Origin: Companilactobacillus sp. | GTDB taxonomy: Bacteria > Bacillota > Bacilli > Lactobacillales > Lactobacillaceae | Direction of reading: 5' to 3' | DNA: 64,000 bases | NCBI RefSeq assembly: GCF_022484265.1 | Contig: NZ_JAKVLR010000001.1 | Coordinates: 1,126,783-1,190,782, forward strand | The notes under the pieces: model-generated | Databases searched by the model: none | Told to the model about the DNA's origin: nothing | Seen by the model: only the letters and a program-made list of their open reading frames with translations | Program-made: the position numbers and the translations under genes | Shown here: positions 54,377 to 63,647 of the stretch, piece by piece | Layout: every line of letters begins with the position of its first letter | Position numbering within the stretch: the first letter of the stretch is position 1

Positions 54377-55333
54377 GTGAAAAAGCTAAAAGTATTACTA
54401 TTAAGCGTTATTTCTTTAGTAGCGATAGGGATTTTCGCTTCATCGTCAAACGTCGCTAAAGCCGACGATACACTTGACCAACCAGTTATGACACTGGGTA
54501 CTTCACTAACATCTGATCAACGACAAGGTACGATAGATGCCTTGTCAGGACAAATGAGTAACAGCAACAATAATTACAACACCATCACCGTGACCGGCGA
54601 TACATTAGTAAAATATTTGAATCCAAGTGGTAGCAACTTTAACAGTGGCTCTGGCGTTTGGTCATCTGCTTTGATCGAACCTACTTCAAGCGGTTCAGGT
54701 ATCAACGTTAACATCGTCAATTACAATGGTAAAAATAATATTACGACGATCACTGCGGATCAATACAGGAATGCTGCACTAACAGCCGGTATTTCAGATG
54801 CTAATATCTACGTTACTTCTGCAACACCAATTGATGGTTCTGGTGCCTTAGCTGGTATCTACGCAGCCTATTCAAAACAAGGTAACTCTTTGAACCAAAG
54901 CCAAGTTAACGCCGCTCAAAACGAAATGAATGTTTTAAGTGGTATCACTCAAGACAACAAGGGTACTCAAGGATATACTGACCAACAATTAAACAATGCT
55001 GTTGCTGGTATGAAAGCTGATTTAGCTAAACAAGGTACTAACGCATCAAAACAAGAAATTACTAATATCGTAAACAACAACTTGCAACAAAACAATCTCC
55101 AAAATATCATCAACAATAATCAAAAGACTCAATTGATCAATTTGATGGTCCAAATTAGAGATTCTGGTGCTCTGAAAAATGGTAACTTCCAACAACAAGC
55201 TCAGAAATTAAGTAGCGATATCACTAGCAAAGCTAAGAATATTTTTAACAAATTAAATACTCAAGAAAATCGTAATCTGGTCCAAAGAATTTGGGACAGT
55301 ATCGTTTCATTCTTCAGTAACTTATTCAAATAA
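54377..55333 (+). CDS. secreted DUF1002 family protein
   Basis: Signal peptide, then LGTSLTSDQRQGT...ITVTGDTLVKYL, which is typical of DUF1002. GTG start behind AAGGAGG. Confidence 0.55.
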   Translation: MKKLKVLLLSVISLVAIGIFASSSNVAKADDTLDQPVMTLGTSLTSDQRQGTIDALSGQMSNSNNNYNTITVTGDTLVKYLNPSGSNFNSGSGVWSSALIEPTSSGSGINVNIVNYNGKNNITTITADQYRNAALTAGISDANIYVTSATPIDGSGALAGIYAAYSKQGNSLNQSQVNAAQNEMNVLSGITQDNKGTQGYTDQQLNNAVAGMKADLAKQGTNASKQEITNIVNNNLQQNNLQNIINNNQKTQLINLMVQIRDSGALKNGNFQQQAQKLSSDITSKAKNIFNKLNTQENRNLVQRIWDSIVSFFSNLFK

Positions 55334-55461
55334 GACTAATAGGCAAGCTTTCGGGTTTGTCTATTTTTGTGCCTTTTTTTTATAAAAATTTCAGTTTTGA
55401 TTGAATCGTTTAATATTCTGCACTATGGTAATTTCATAGGATTTATATGGGGGAGCAATCA

Positions 55462-56802
55462 ATGAAAACAATCAGATCATATAGTAGTACGTGGCTTGGA
55501 ATCGGTGGATTTGCCATCAATTTGATACCATTTCTACTGTTCGTATTTTTAATCAAACACAACGGCGATATCATCACCGAAGTACTGCCATTTGGCCTAT
55601 TTTATGCTTTCAGAAGAACATCCCTATACTTGTTTCGTGGATCGAATGTCCAGTTAGAATTTTTTGGCTGGTTTGGAATCTTTTCAGCCATTTGTGCTTA
55701 CTTCTTGGGAATGTTCGGACAATTCTCACCTGTCCTAGTGGATGTATCAGCCATTGGAGCAGGTGTTGGAGCAGCACTTTTTCCATCTGTTCAAAAAACC
55801 TACAGTTTACACGCCACTGATGAATCCACGAATAAATTTGTTAGTCTATTGATCTGGATCCTGGCAATTGTTTTACTAGTCTTCATCATATTTACCACTG
55901 CCAAAAGCAAGACTTATCTTTCATTTTTAGCCATGCTAATTTACAGTTTGATTGGTTTATTAGGCTTTTACTGGAACCCGCAACGTAAGAAATTGTCCAA
56001 AGATTACAATTGGCCAACATTAAGTTTTCCCAACGTTTTGTTGTCGTTAGCCCTATTCTTATCAGTCTTGCTAGTTCGGATCGGCCGCAGTTTGGGCGTT
56101 GGCCAACCGACTTACTGGGGAGTCTTCATCCTCGGTGGCGTTCTGCTGGTGATTTTATTAGATTTAATTTTTAACCGCACAATGCATTCGCAAATGAACA
56201 ATCGCTTGAGAACTCGCTTAATGCTGTTCGGTATTTGTGCCGACTTTTGTGCGATCTTCAGTGCCATCTACGTGGGCGTAACTTACGGTATCAACTCTTA
56301 CATGTGGATCATCGCAGCTTTTGCAGCCGGGATTGCTTTGGGAAAACCACTAGTAGATCTCTGTGCAAAAATTTTTAAAAAGGCATCGCCTCTTAACATC
56401 GAGTTAATTGGAATCATCGTTGGCCTATTGTTGACCTTCAATATTTACACTTACTTTATTGGGATCTTCTTCATTCGGGCATTTGCGACCCAACAAAATC
56501 AATCGGCAATCAAAGAATACGATCAAACTCCTTTGGCCAAGACGAATAACTCCTTCATGGTCAGCTATCGATTGATGAGTATCGCTGGATTGACTACCCA
56601 ATTTATTTTGTGGATCAGCTTGATAACTTTGACTAAAACCTCTCAAACCGATCTGACCCAAATTTTACTCGACTTTACTTACCACAAGACTAGCAACGCT
56701 TTTGCATTGCCAATCTTAATTACCCAAATAATATTAGTTACCTGCATGTCCATCTTCGTGATCTATACAGGTATTATCAATTCAAAAAAGGCCAATTCAT
56801 AG
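55462..56802 (+). CDS. polytopic membrane protein of unknown family
   Basis: 446 aa with about 12 hydrophobic segments. ATG 55462 follows GGGGGAG. No transporter signature recognised. Confidence 0.5.
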   Translation: MKTIRSYSSTWLGIGGFAINLIPFLLFVFLIKHNGDIITEVLPFGLFYAFRRTSLYLFRGSNVQLEFFGWFGIFSAICAYFLGMFGQFSPVLVDVSAIGAGVGAALFPSVQKTYSLHATDESTNKFVSLLIWILAIVLLVFIIFTTAKSKTYLSFLAMLIYSLIGLLGFYWNPQRKKLSKDYNWPTLSFPNVLLSLALFLSVLLVRIGRSLGVGQPTYWGVFILGGVLLVILLDLIFNRTMHSQMNNRLRTRLMLFGICADFCAIFSAIYVGVTYGINSYMWIIAAFAAGIALGKPLVDLCAKIFKKASPLNIELIGIIVGLLLTFNIYTYFIGIFFIRAFATQQNQSAIKEYDQTPLAKTNNSFMVSYRLMSIAGLTTQFILWISLITLTKTSQTDLTQILLDFTYHKTSNAFALPILITQIILVTCMSIFVIYTGIINSKKANS

Positions 56803-56827
56803 TGAATTAGCCTTTTTTACTCGTGAT

Positions 56828-57511
56828 TTACATTTTATCCATCGTTTCGTTCAACAATGCATCGACGCGATTGTTGCCTTCATCTTGGGCATGTCCCTTA
56901 GTCCAGCTGAATGCTTTATTAGTAACTGTTGGTAACAATCCATCTAGTTCTTGCCACAGTTCGACATTAGCTGGCGCGGTTCCGTCAGCCTTCTTGTAGC
57001 CGCGGCGTTTCCAACCGTTTAGCCATCCCTTAGTAATAGCGTTTAAGACGTACTGCGAATCTAATACGAAAATAATTTTTTTATCATTCAGATTCAGTTC
57101 ATTTAGACGCTTGATACTTTCGATCAAAGCCATGATCTCCATGCGATTGTTAGTCGCACCAAATTCGTCATCTGTACCTTCAAAAATCTCGCCTTGATGG
57201 TTGATGTGAAATGCCCAGGCCGCCTTATCAGAAGATTTCACGTGGCCACCTTTATAATTGCCATGATTTCGTGAACCGCCGTCCGTATAGACAACAATCT
57301 CATAATCATCTAAATTTTCTGATTCTTTTTTCGAAGTTTTATTTTTGGTAGGATAATCGTCTTTGCCTTTTAAAAATTCTTCGGCTTCGGTCTGACTAGT
57401 AAAGCTTTTGTAGCGGGCGTTTTCGAATCCATTGACCTGCTTTTGACATTCCGGCCAAGAGCGATAAATTCCTGGTTTACGTCCACGTCGAACTGCATAA
57501 TATTTTTGCAA
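56828..57511 (-). CDS. rnhA: ribonuclease HI with N-terminal hybrid-binding (viroplasmin-like) domain
   Basis: The N-terminus YYAVRRGRKPGIYRSWPECQKQV is the HBD. The C-terminal RNase H core is VYTDGGS...NNRMEIMA...DSQY...GH..D. TTG start behind GTGAGG. Confidence 0.75.
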   Translation of the reverse strand: MQKYYAVRRGRKPGIYRSWPECQKQVNGFENARYKSFTSQTEAEEFLKGKDDYPTKNKTSKKESENLDDYEIVVYTDGGSRNHGNYKGGHVKSSDKAAWAFHINHQGEIFEGTDDEFGATNNRMEIMALIESIKRLNELNLNDKKIIFVLDSQYVLNAITKGWLNGWKRRGYKKADGTAPANVELWQELDGLLPTVTNKAFSWTKGHAQDEGNNRVDALLNETMDKM

Positions 57512-57590
57512 AATGAATACCTCACTTAAATTACTTTGAATGAAAATAACTATTAGATATATTATAATATAGTGTTGATAGGGTGAAAAA

Positions 57591-58340
57591 ATGGAAAATA
57601 AACAACGACCTGTATTGTATGTCCATGGTTTCCGCGGGGGAGACTATACAACTGAAGAAATGGTCAAATCAGGCTTAAAGTATACTGGAAAAAAAGAATT
57701 TCTCAAAGTATTGATCAACTGGCGTGGTCAAATCACTTATGAAGGTAAATGGACGGATGACGAATGTCCGATCATTCAAGTAGTTTTTAAAAATAAATTG
57801 ATCAGCGAAAATCAAATTGCACATTGGCTGATCCACCTACTGATCCAGTTAAGAAAAGAACATAAATTTAACGAATACGATGCCGTCGGCCATTCACTTG
57901 GAGCGGTCTCTTTAGTGTTGGTCAATCTGCACGAAAAACGCCATCAATACATGCCAAAGATGAATCATTTAGTTACGATTGCTGGTCCTTTCAATGGCGT
58001 GTTAGGCTTGAATGACTTGCCTAATATCAATCGAATTAACCCAAGTGGGAAACCGGCTTTCATGAGCCCTACTTATTTTCGAATTTATCTAAGTCGCAAT
58101 AATATCTCGCCAAACTTAAAAGTTTTAAACATCTATGGAAATGTCGAAGACCATTCCAACAGCGATAAATACATCTCAGTAACATCAGCTAAATCAATTG
58201 GCTACGTCTTACAACCAAGAGTCAAAGAATTTTACGACATGCCAGTCAGCGGTTCAAAAGCTGAACATTCCTTGATGCATGACGACTCGGATATTCTGCA
58301 AAAAATCAATTTATTTATTTACGCACCTTATTCTGCATAA
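57591..58340 (+). CDS. alpha/beta hydrolase (DUF915-like)
   Basis: PVLYVHGFRGG and a GHSLGA nucleophile elbow. 249 aa. Confidence 0.6.
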   Translation: MENKQRPVLYVHGFRGGDYTTEEMVKSGLKYTGKKEFLKVLINWRGQITYEGKWTDDECPIIQVVFKNKLISENQIAHWLIHLLIQLRKEHKFNEYDAVGHSLGAVSLVLVNLHEKRHQYMPKMNHLVTIAGPFNGVLGLNDLPNINRINPSGKPAFMSPTYFRIYLSRNNISPNLKVLNIYGNVEDHSNSDKYISVTSAKSIGYVLQPRVKEFYDMPVSGSKAEHSLMHDDSDILQKINLFIYAPYSA

Positions 58341-58360
58341 CAATTATGCAGAATTTTTTT
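58330..58360 (+). terminator. rho-independent terminator
   Basis: ATTCTGCATAA-caa-TTATGCAGAAT followed by TTTTTTT. Confidence 0.75.
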
Positions 58361-58472
58361 ATCTAAAATATAATTCTTATTACTTCGCATTTAACAATCA
58401 GATTATCTATACTGTATTAAGGACGTATAAAGTTTTCAAAATGCGTCAGGATGCAAACAAAGGAGAACTGAA

Positions 58473-58916
58473 ATGATCAAAGTTAAGTCTTATCGTCCAT
58501 TTATCACTGAAAATCTCATTTGGGATTTCCCATCGAGATTCAAACTAAAGACAGTCAGCGACTTTTTGCAAAAAGATATTGCTGACATCACTGACTTTAT
58601 TAGTGAAACTGCCAAAGAGACGATGAGCAACAAAAGCGTATATTGGTTCATCGAAGACAAGCGGAACCACCAGATTGTCGCACTAGTGGCCATTCGTTCG
58701 ATTGATTTTGATCACAATTCAGCTACCTTGCAAATTTCTTTTGATGACAATATTTCCGACGAGTTTATTCAAGAGATCGTTGAGCGATTATTCATTTTCG
58801 TTAATGATCAAATTTCTTTGAGTGAACTCAAAGTTGACAAAATTCCATCAAAAGTTAGCAATTTCTTCACATTAAATGGATATAATTTAAACAATAATAA
58901 ATTAATAAAGGGGTAA
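58473..58916 (+). CDS. GNAT-like acetyltransferase fold protein
   Basis: 147 aa. The size and beta/alpha pattern (WFIEDKRNHQIVALVAIRSID...) are consistent with GNAT, but no clear Q/RxxGxG/A motif is present. Confidence 0.4.
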   Translation: MIKVKSYRPFITENLIWDFPSRFKLKTVSDFLQKDIADITDFISETAKETMSNKSVYWFIEDKRNHQIVALVAIRSIDFDHNSATLQISFDDNISDEFIQEIVERLFIFVNDQISLSELKVDKIPSKVSNFFTLNGYNLNNNKLIKG

Positions 58917-58919
58917 AAA

Positions 58920-59618
58920 ATGTACGGATATGGATTTTTTGGTGGTCCCACGATTATTCTAGTGCTGATTGGTATGGCCTTGAGTATGTGGGCTTCTTGG
59001 TATGTTAATCATACATTCAGCCGTTATAACCAATACAATAGTCACCGTGGAATTACCGGTGCTGATGCAGCCCGCTATATCTTGGATAAAGCAGGCCTGC
59101 AAAACATCGTTATTAAACAGATTAGTGGAAAATTGACCGATAACTACAATCCAGGCGATAAAACTCTGAACTTATCAGAGTCCACTTATGGCGTTGCTTC
59201 AGTTGCTGCTATAGGAGTTGCCGCTCACGAATGTGGTCACGCAATTCAAGATCAAAAGAATTATTTTCCAATGCGCATCAGATCAGCCATCGTTCCAGCT
59301 GTTAACTTAGGATCAAGTGCCTCGATGCCATTGATCCTTCTAGGTATTATCTTAGGAATGAACAAAACATTGATCATGATCGGTATTTGGATGTTCGCTT
59401 TAGTCGTTTTATTCCAAGTTGTCACATTACCGGTCGAATTTAACGCTTCCAGACGTGCTGTTAGCATCCTAGCATCCGGTGATCTACTCGATGCTGACGA
59501 GGTTCCAATGGTCAAACATGTGCTAGTTTCTGCCGCATTAACTTATGTAGCAGCAGCACTTTCCACAGCGTTACAACTCTTACGTTTGATCCTAATTTTC
59601 GGAAATAATCGCGATTAA
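58920..59618 (+). CDS. YugP-type zinc metallopeptidase (Zn_peptidase_2)
   Basis: HECGHAIQ zinc motif with flanking TM helices. 232 aa. Confidence 0.7.
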   Translation: MYGYGFFGGPTIILVLIGMALSMWASWYVNHTFSRYNQYNSHRGITGADAARYILDKAGLQNIVIKQISGKLTDNYNPGDKTLNLSESTYGVASVAAIGVAAHECGHAIQDQKNYFPMRIRSAIVPAVNLGSSASMPLILLGIILGMNKTLIMIGIWMFALVVLFQVVTLPVEFNASRRAVSILASGDLLDADEVPMVKHVLVSAALTYVAAALSTALQLLRLILIFGNNRD

Positions 59619-59634
59619 TTAACTAACAACCACT

Positions 59635-59663
59635 AAGTTCGAGCCCAGCGTTCGAACTTTTTG
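59635..59663 (+). terminator. rho-independent terminator after yugP-like gene
   Basis: AAGTTCGA...TCGAACTT followed by TTTT. Confidence 0.75.
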
Positions 59664-59675
59664 TATGAAAATTAT

Positions 59676-59704
59676 TTGACAAACTATTTCTTCAAGTCTA
59701 GTAT
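59676..59704 (+). promoter_or_regulatory. trp promoter 1 (TTGACA-17-TAGTAT)
   Basis: Read directly, immediately upstream of T-box leader 1. Confidence 0.55.
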
Positions 59705-59711
59705 CATTCTC

Positions 59712-60010
59712 AATTAAACATTTCGCCCAAAACCGATGAGGTGGAGATAACAATTATTGTGCACGCACAGAGAGTTGCCGTAGCTGAGAATGCAATCGAA
59801 CGCAGATAATTAAATGGACCGCCGAGGGTTCTCCTGAATTTAGTACGGAGAAACGTACAGACATACGTCAGTTGTCAGAGGAGTGATAGCTCCTTGTTAA
59901 GCGTGATATGTTGACGACTATTTGTCATAGTCTCTCAACTGTCGAATTAAGGTGGCACCGCGGATAATCCGTCCTTAACTTCTAAATGAAGTTTTGGGCG
60001 GATTTTTTTT
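59712..60010 (+). promoter_or_regulatory. T-box riboswitch leader, Trp (UGG) specifier, upstream of trpE
   Basis: Stem I elements are GATGAG, AGAGA and GCTGAGAA. The specifier context is AAA-TGG-A (TGG 59815-59817). The T-box sequence is AATTAAGGTGGCACCGCGG (59946-59964). The terminator is AATCCGTCC...GGGCGGATTTTTTTT (59966-60010). Confidence 0.85.
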
Positions 60011-60023
60011 GTTGGAGGACATT

Positions 60024-60053
60024 ATGGCAATCAAACGATGGCAACACACCTAA
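60024..60053 (+). CDS. 9-codon mini-ORF MAIKRWQHT between the T-box terminator and trpE (hypothetical leader peptide)
   Basis: GGAGGA RBS at 60014-60019 and a single Trp codon at 60039-60041. A similar mini-ORF follows the second T-box. Confidence 0.3.
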   Translation: MAIKRWQHT

Positions 60054-60086
60054 ATTACGCAAATTAAAAATTTAAAGGTGAGCAAT

Positions 60087-61550
60087 ATGAAAATTAACGA
60101 CTTAAAAAAATATACTAACGACTACCCTGCTGTCCCTGTGACAATCAGCTTCAAGCTAGAGGACTTCGACCCAATCGACTTGACGCAAAATCTCAATCAA
60201 AGCCAAGGCCCCTGCTTTTTATTCACCGGCCAACCTAAGCCTGATGAAGATGGCTATAGTTTTATCGGATTAAATCCTGATGAGACAATCGTCTATAAAG
60301 ACGGAACCTTAACGGTTGAAAAAGCTGGTAAAATCACGCAGACAAAGACCGCACTCAAACCTTATTTGGAATCGATCTTGACCAAGTATCGGACACCAAA
60401 ATTCGACGATTTACCACCATTTTTGGGTGGCTTGGCAGGATATCTAAGTTACGATTACGCCAGGTTTGCCAATCCCACTTTGCCACAAAAATTAGCTGAC
60501 CCATATGGTCTAAATGATGCTGACTTCTTGTTGATCCACAAAGTCATTGCCTACAATCATAAAACCCAAACTGTGACTTTATCGAAAATTGTTTCTTCAA
60601 AAGCCTTAGAAACTGATTACGATGACGCAATCTCAGAATTGAATGAACTCAAAGAAATCGTAATTGCCAATAATCATCCGAGCCAATTGCCTGGTTTTAA
60701 AATGTTATCCAAACCTGAATTGCACTTTGACCGTGAAGAATTCGCCGAAAAAGTTGCCGATACGAAAAAACACATCGTCGATGGCGACATATTCCAATTG
60801 ATCCTTTCAAATCCTCAACACGGAACTATGAGTGGCAGTCTCTATGCAGTCACGAAAAATCTCTTCAAAGATAGTCCTGCACCGTATCAATTTTTTTACA
60901 AGCATAACGACTTTGAGACCGTTGGCTCATCTCCAGAGACCTTGATTTCTAAACATGATGACAAATTATTCACCTATCCGCTAGCTGGAACGAGACGTCG
61001 TGGCAAAACGCCTGAAGAAGACGCTCAATTAGCATATGAACTAACTCACAGTACTAAAGAATTATCTGAACACAACATGCTGATCGACTTAGGTCGAAAT
61101 GACTTGGGACGTGTCAGCAAGTTTGGGACTGTCAAAGTCACAAGAACTCGCAAACTGCTTCACTTCAGCAATGTCATGCACATGGGTTCAACCGTCGAAA
61201 GTATCGCAGATCCTCAAGAGTCCGCCGTTGATATCGTCGAGTCTCTTATGCCTGCCGGCACTTTATCTGGTGCCCCAAAGATCAGTGCAATGAAGATCAT
61301 CTCAAATATTGAAGGCCAAAAACGTGGCATCTATGGTGGATGCTTAGGCTACTTCGATTTTTCTGGAGACTTAGATTTCTGTATCGGAATTCGTTTAGCT
61401 TATCGTCAAAATGAAAACTTAGTCGTCCACTCAGGTGCCGGCATCGTCGCCGACAGTATTGCCAAAAATGAATATCAAGAATTTAACAATAAGGCAAGAA
61501 ATGTCGTAGATGCTCTCAACAAGACTAATCAAACGGAGGTTCTATCATGA
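60087..61550 (+). CDS. trpE: anthranilate synthase component I
   Basis: Chorismate-binding domain motifs are present (LSNPQ..., SPETL, GAGIVADS). ATG 60087 follows AAAGGTGAG. Confidence 0.9.
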   Translation: MKINDLKKYTNDYPAVPVTISFKLEDFDPIDLTQNLNQSQGPCFLFTGQPKPDEDGYSFIGLNPDETIVYKDGTLTVEKAGKITQTKTALKPYLESILTKYRTPKFDDLPPFLGGLAGYLSYDYARFANPTLPQKLADPYGLNDADFLLIHKVIAYNHKTQTVTLSKIVSSKALETDYDDAISELNELKEIVIANNHPSQLPGFKMLSKPELHFDREEFAEKVADTKKHIVDGDIFQLILSNPQHGTMSGSLYAVTKNLFKDSPAPYQFFYKHNDFETVGSSPETLISKHDDKLFTYPLAGTRRRGKTPEEDAQLAYELTHSTKELSEHNMLIDLGRNDLGRVSKFGTVKVTRTRKLLHFSNVMHMGSTVESIADPQESAVDIVESLMPAGTLSGAPKISAMKIISNIEGQKRGIYGGCLGYFDFSGDLDFCIGIRLAYRQNENLVVHSGAGIVADSIAKNEYQEFNNKARNVVDALNKTNQTEVLS

Positions 61551-62125
61551 TTTATTTGATCGACAACTATGACAGTTTTACCTATAACTTGTATCAATTG
61601 ATCGGTACTAATAGCAACGAACCCATCACTGTGGTCAAAAATGACGAATTGACTGTTGAAGAATTAGAATCGCTTCATCCCACTGGATTAGTTTTTTCAC
61701 CAGGACCTGGTCGACCTGAAGATGCTGGCAACATGATGGAATTGCTAAAACACTTCATCGGAAAAGTGCCCATCCTAGGTGTTTGCTTAGGTGAACAAGC
61801 CATCGGCGAAGTTTACGGGGCTAAAGTAGTTCACGCACCAGTTTTGATGCACGGCCGGCCTTCAGAAGTCGAAGTCACTGACAAGACTCAACTATTCTCT
61901 GATTGTCCTAAAACTTTTGAAGCCGCTAGATATCATTCATTGATCGTTGATCCACAAACAATTCCTGATGAATTATCGATCACTGCGATAACTAAAGATG
62001 GTGAGATCATGGCTCTGTGCGATGAAAAACAAAAAGTTTTTGGAGTTCAATTTCATCCCGAGTCAATCATGACTGAGCCCAGTGTTGGCAAGCAGATCAT
62101 CGAAAATTATCTGGCACTGATTTAA
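61547..62125 (+). CDS. trpG: anthranilate synthase component II (glutamine amidotransferase)
   Basis: The GATase1 triad context is present (GVCLGEQ, FHPES). ATGA overlap with trpE. Confidence 0.9.
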   Translation: MIYLIDNYDSFTYNLYQLIGTNSNEPITVVKNDELTVEELESLHPTGLVFSPGPGRPEDAGNMMELLKHFIGKVPILGVCLGEQAIGEVYGAKVVHAPVLMHGRPSEVEVTDKTQLFSDCPKTFEAARYHSLIVDPQTIPDELSITAITKDGEIMALCDEKQKVFGVQFHPESIMTEPSVGKQIIENYLALI

Positions 62126-62154
62126 TTAAATTAAAAACAAATTAAATATTTTTG

Positions 62155-62183
62155 TTGACAAAGACGTTTTTCAGACTTATTCT
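62155..62183 (+). promoter_or_regulatory. internal trp promoter 2 (TTGACA-17-TATTCT)
   Basis: Read directly, 30 nt downstream of the trpG stop. Confidence 0.5.
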
Positions 62184-62189
62184 CTTATC

Positions 62190-62523
62190 AACAAATAAAT
62201 TCGTCCATAAACCAATGAGATGGAAGTCAAGATTATCGTGCACGCCCAGAGAGTTGCCGGTGCTGAGAATGGCAATCGAACGCAGATAGTTAAATGGACC
62301 ATCGAGGGTCTCTCCGAAAGGTTACGAGTACGGGAGAACGTTAGACATACGTAAGTTGTCGGGAGGGTGTTAGCCCTTCGCTAAGAGTAATGGACGATAG
62401 AATATTTGAGGTAGTATTTTTGCTACACTCTCTTTCTATCAGTCTATTGAAATTAAGGTGGCACCGCGGAATATGATCCGTCCTTAAACGTTAAGTAAAA
62501 CGTTTATGGACGGATTTTTTTTA
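62190..62523 (+). promoter_or_regulatory. second T-box riboswitch leader, Trp (UGG) specifier, between trpG and trpD
   Basis: It has the same element order as leader 1. The specifier is AAA-TGG-A (TGG 62295-62297). The T-box sequence is AAATTAAGGTGGCACCGCGG (62450-62469). The terminator is ATCCGTCC...GGACGGATTTTTTTT (62474-62523). Confidence 0.85.
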
Positions 62524-62543
62524 TTCTCTAGGAGGTTTCACTA

Positions 62544-62579
62544 ATGATCAAAATAATCCGATGGCAATTCTCAAATTAA
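62544..62579 (+). CDS. 11-codon mini-ORF MIKIIRWQFSN between T-box 2 terminator and trpD (hypothetical leader peptide)
   Basis: AGGAGG RBS at 62530-62535 with 8-nt spacing, and a single Trp codon at 62562-62564. Confidence 0.3.
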   Translation: MIKIIRWQFSN

Positions 62580-62627
62580 TCAATTTCAACACTACTAACT
62601 AGTTAAATTAATTTGGAGGATTCAATT

Positions 62628-63647
62628 ATGATTGAAAATGCAATTAAAAAATTAACCGAAGGTCAAGACTTAACATTTGACGAAACAAACCAAGTGATCG
62701 ACGAAATTATGACAGGCAACACAACCTCAGTTCAAATCTCAAGTTTCTTAACAGCTTTGAGTGTAAAAAAAGAAACAGTCGATGAAATCGCTGGAGCTGC
62801 TGATGCAATGAGAGCACACGCTTTAGATTTCAAAGCTGACGAACCAGTTCTTGAAATTGTTGGTACTGGTGGCGACCATTCCAACTCATTCAACATTTCA
62901 ACTACTTCAGCATTAGTCGTTGCAGCTAGTGGCATCCCTGTCGCAAAGCATGGTAATCGTGCAGCTTCATCAAAAAGCGGTGCAGCTGACGTGCTTGAAT
63001 CATTAGGAGTTCAAATCAACTTAGATCCAAAGCGTAGCGAAGAGATCTTAAACCAAATTGGTATTTGCTTCTTATTCGCCCAAGAATATCACAAGGCTAT
63101 GAAATACGTTGCACCAGTTAGAAAAGAATTAGGTATCCGAACATTGTTCAATGTCTTAGGACCTCTTGCTAATCCAGCTCATGCATCCAGCCAAGTACTG
63201 GGTGTCTATGATGAAAGCTTAGTTGAACCAATGGCTAAAGTACTCGATCAAATTGGCGTTAAAGATGCCGCAGTTATTCATGGACAAGATGGATTTGATG
63301 AAGCTTCAATCTCTGCTCCTACCATAGTTATGGAAGTTCATAACGGAGAATTCACTAAATATGAAATAACTCCTGAACAATTCGGTTTAAAACGTGCCAA
63401 TAAATCAGACATCATCGGTGGAACTCCTGATGAGAATGCTGAGATCACTATGAACATCCTTAAAGGAAATAAGGGACCTCAACGTGATGTGATCTTGGTC
63501 AATTCCGCGCTAGCAATCCACACTGCTAAACCAGAAATCAGTTTAGACGATGCAATTAAGCTAGCTGCTAAAACAATTGACGACGGAAAAGCTTTAGAAG
63601 AATTAAACCAATTCATCAAATTGACTGAAGCAGGTGTTGCAGCTTGA
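62628..63647 (+). CDS. trpD: anthranilate phosphoribosyltransferase
   Basis: VGTGGD...HGNRAASSKSGAADVLE. ATG 62628 follows GGAGGA. Confidence 0.9.
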   Translation: MIENAIKKLTEGQDLTFDETNQVIDEIMTGNTTSVQISSFLTALSVKKETVDEIAGAADAMRAHALDFKADEPVLEIVGTGGDHSNSFNISTTSALVVAASGIPVAKHGNRAASSKSGAADVLESLGVQINLDPKRSEEILNQIGICFLFAQEYHKAMKYVAPVRKELGIRTLFNVLGPLANPAHASSQVLGVYDESLVEPMAKVLDQIGVKDAAVIHGQDGFDEASISAPTIVMEVHNGEFTKYEITPEQFGLKRANKSDIIGGTPDENAEITMNILKGNKGPQRDVILVNSALAIHTAKPEISLDDAIKLAAKTIDDGKALEELNQFIKLTEAGVAA

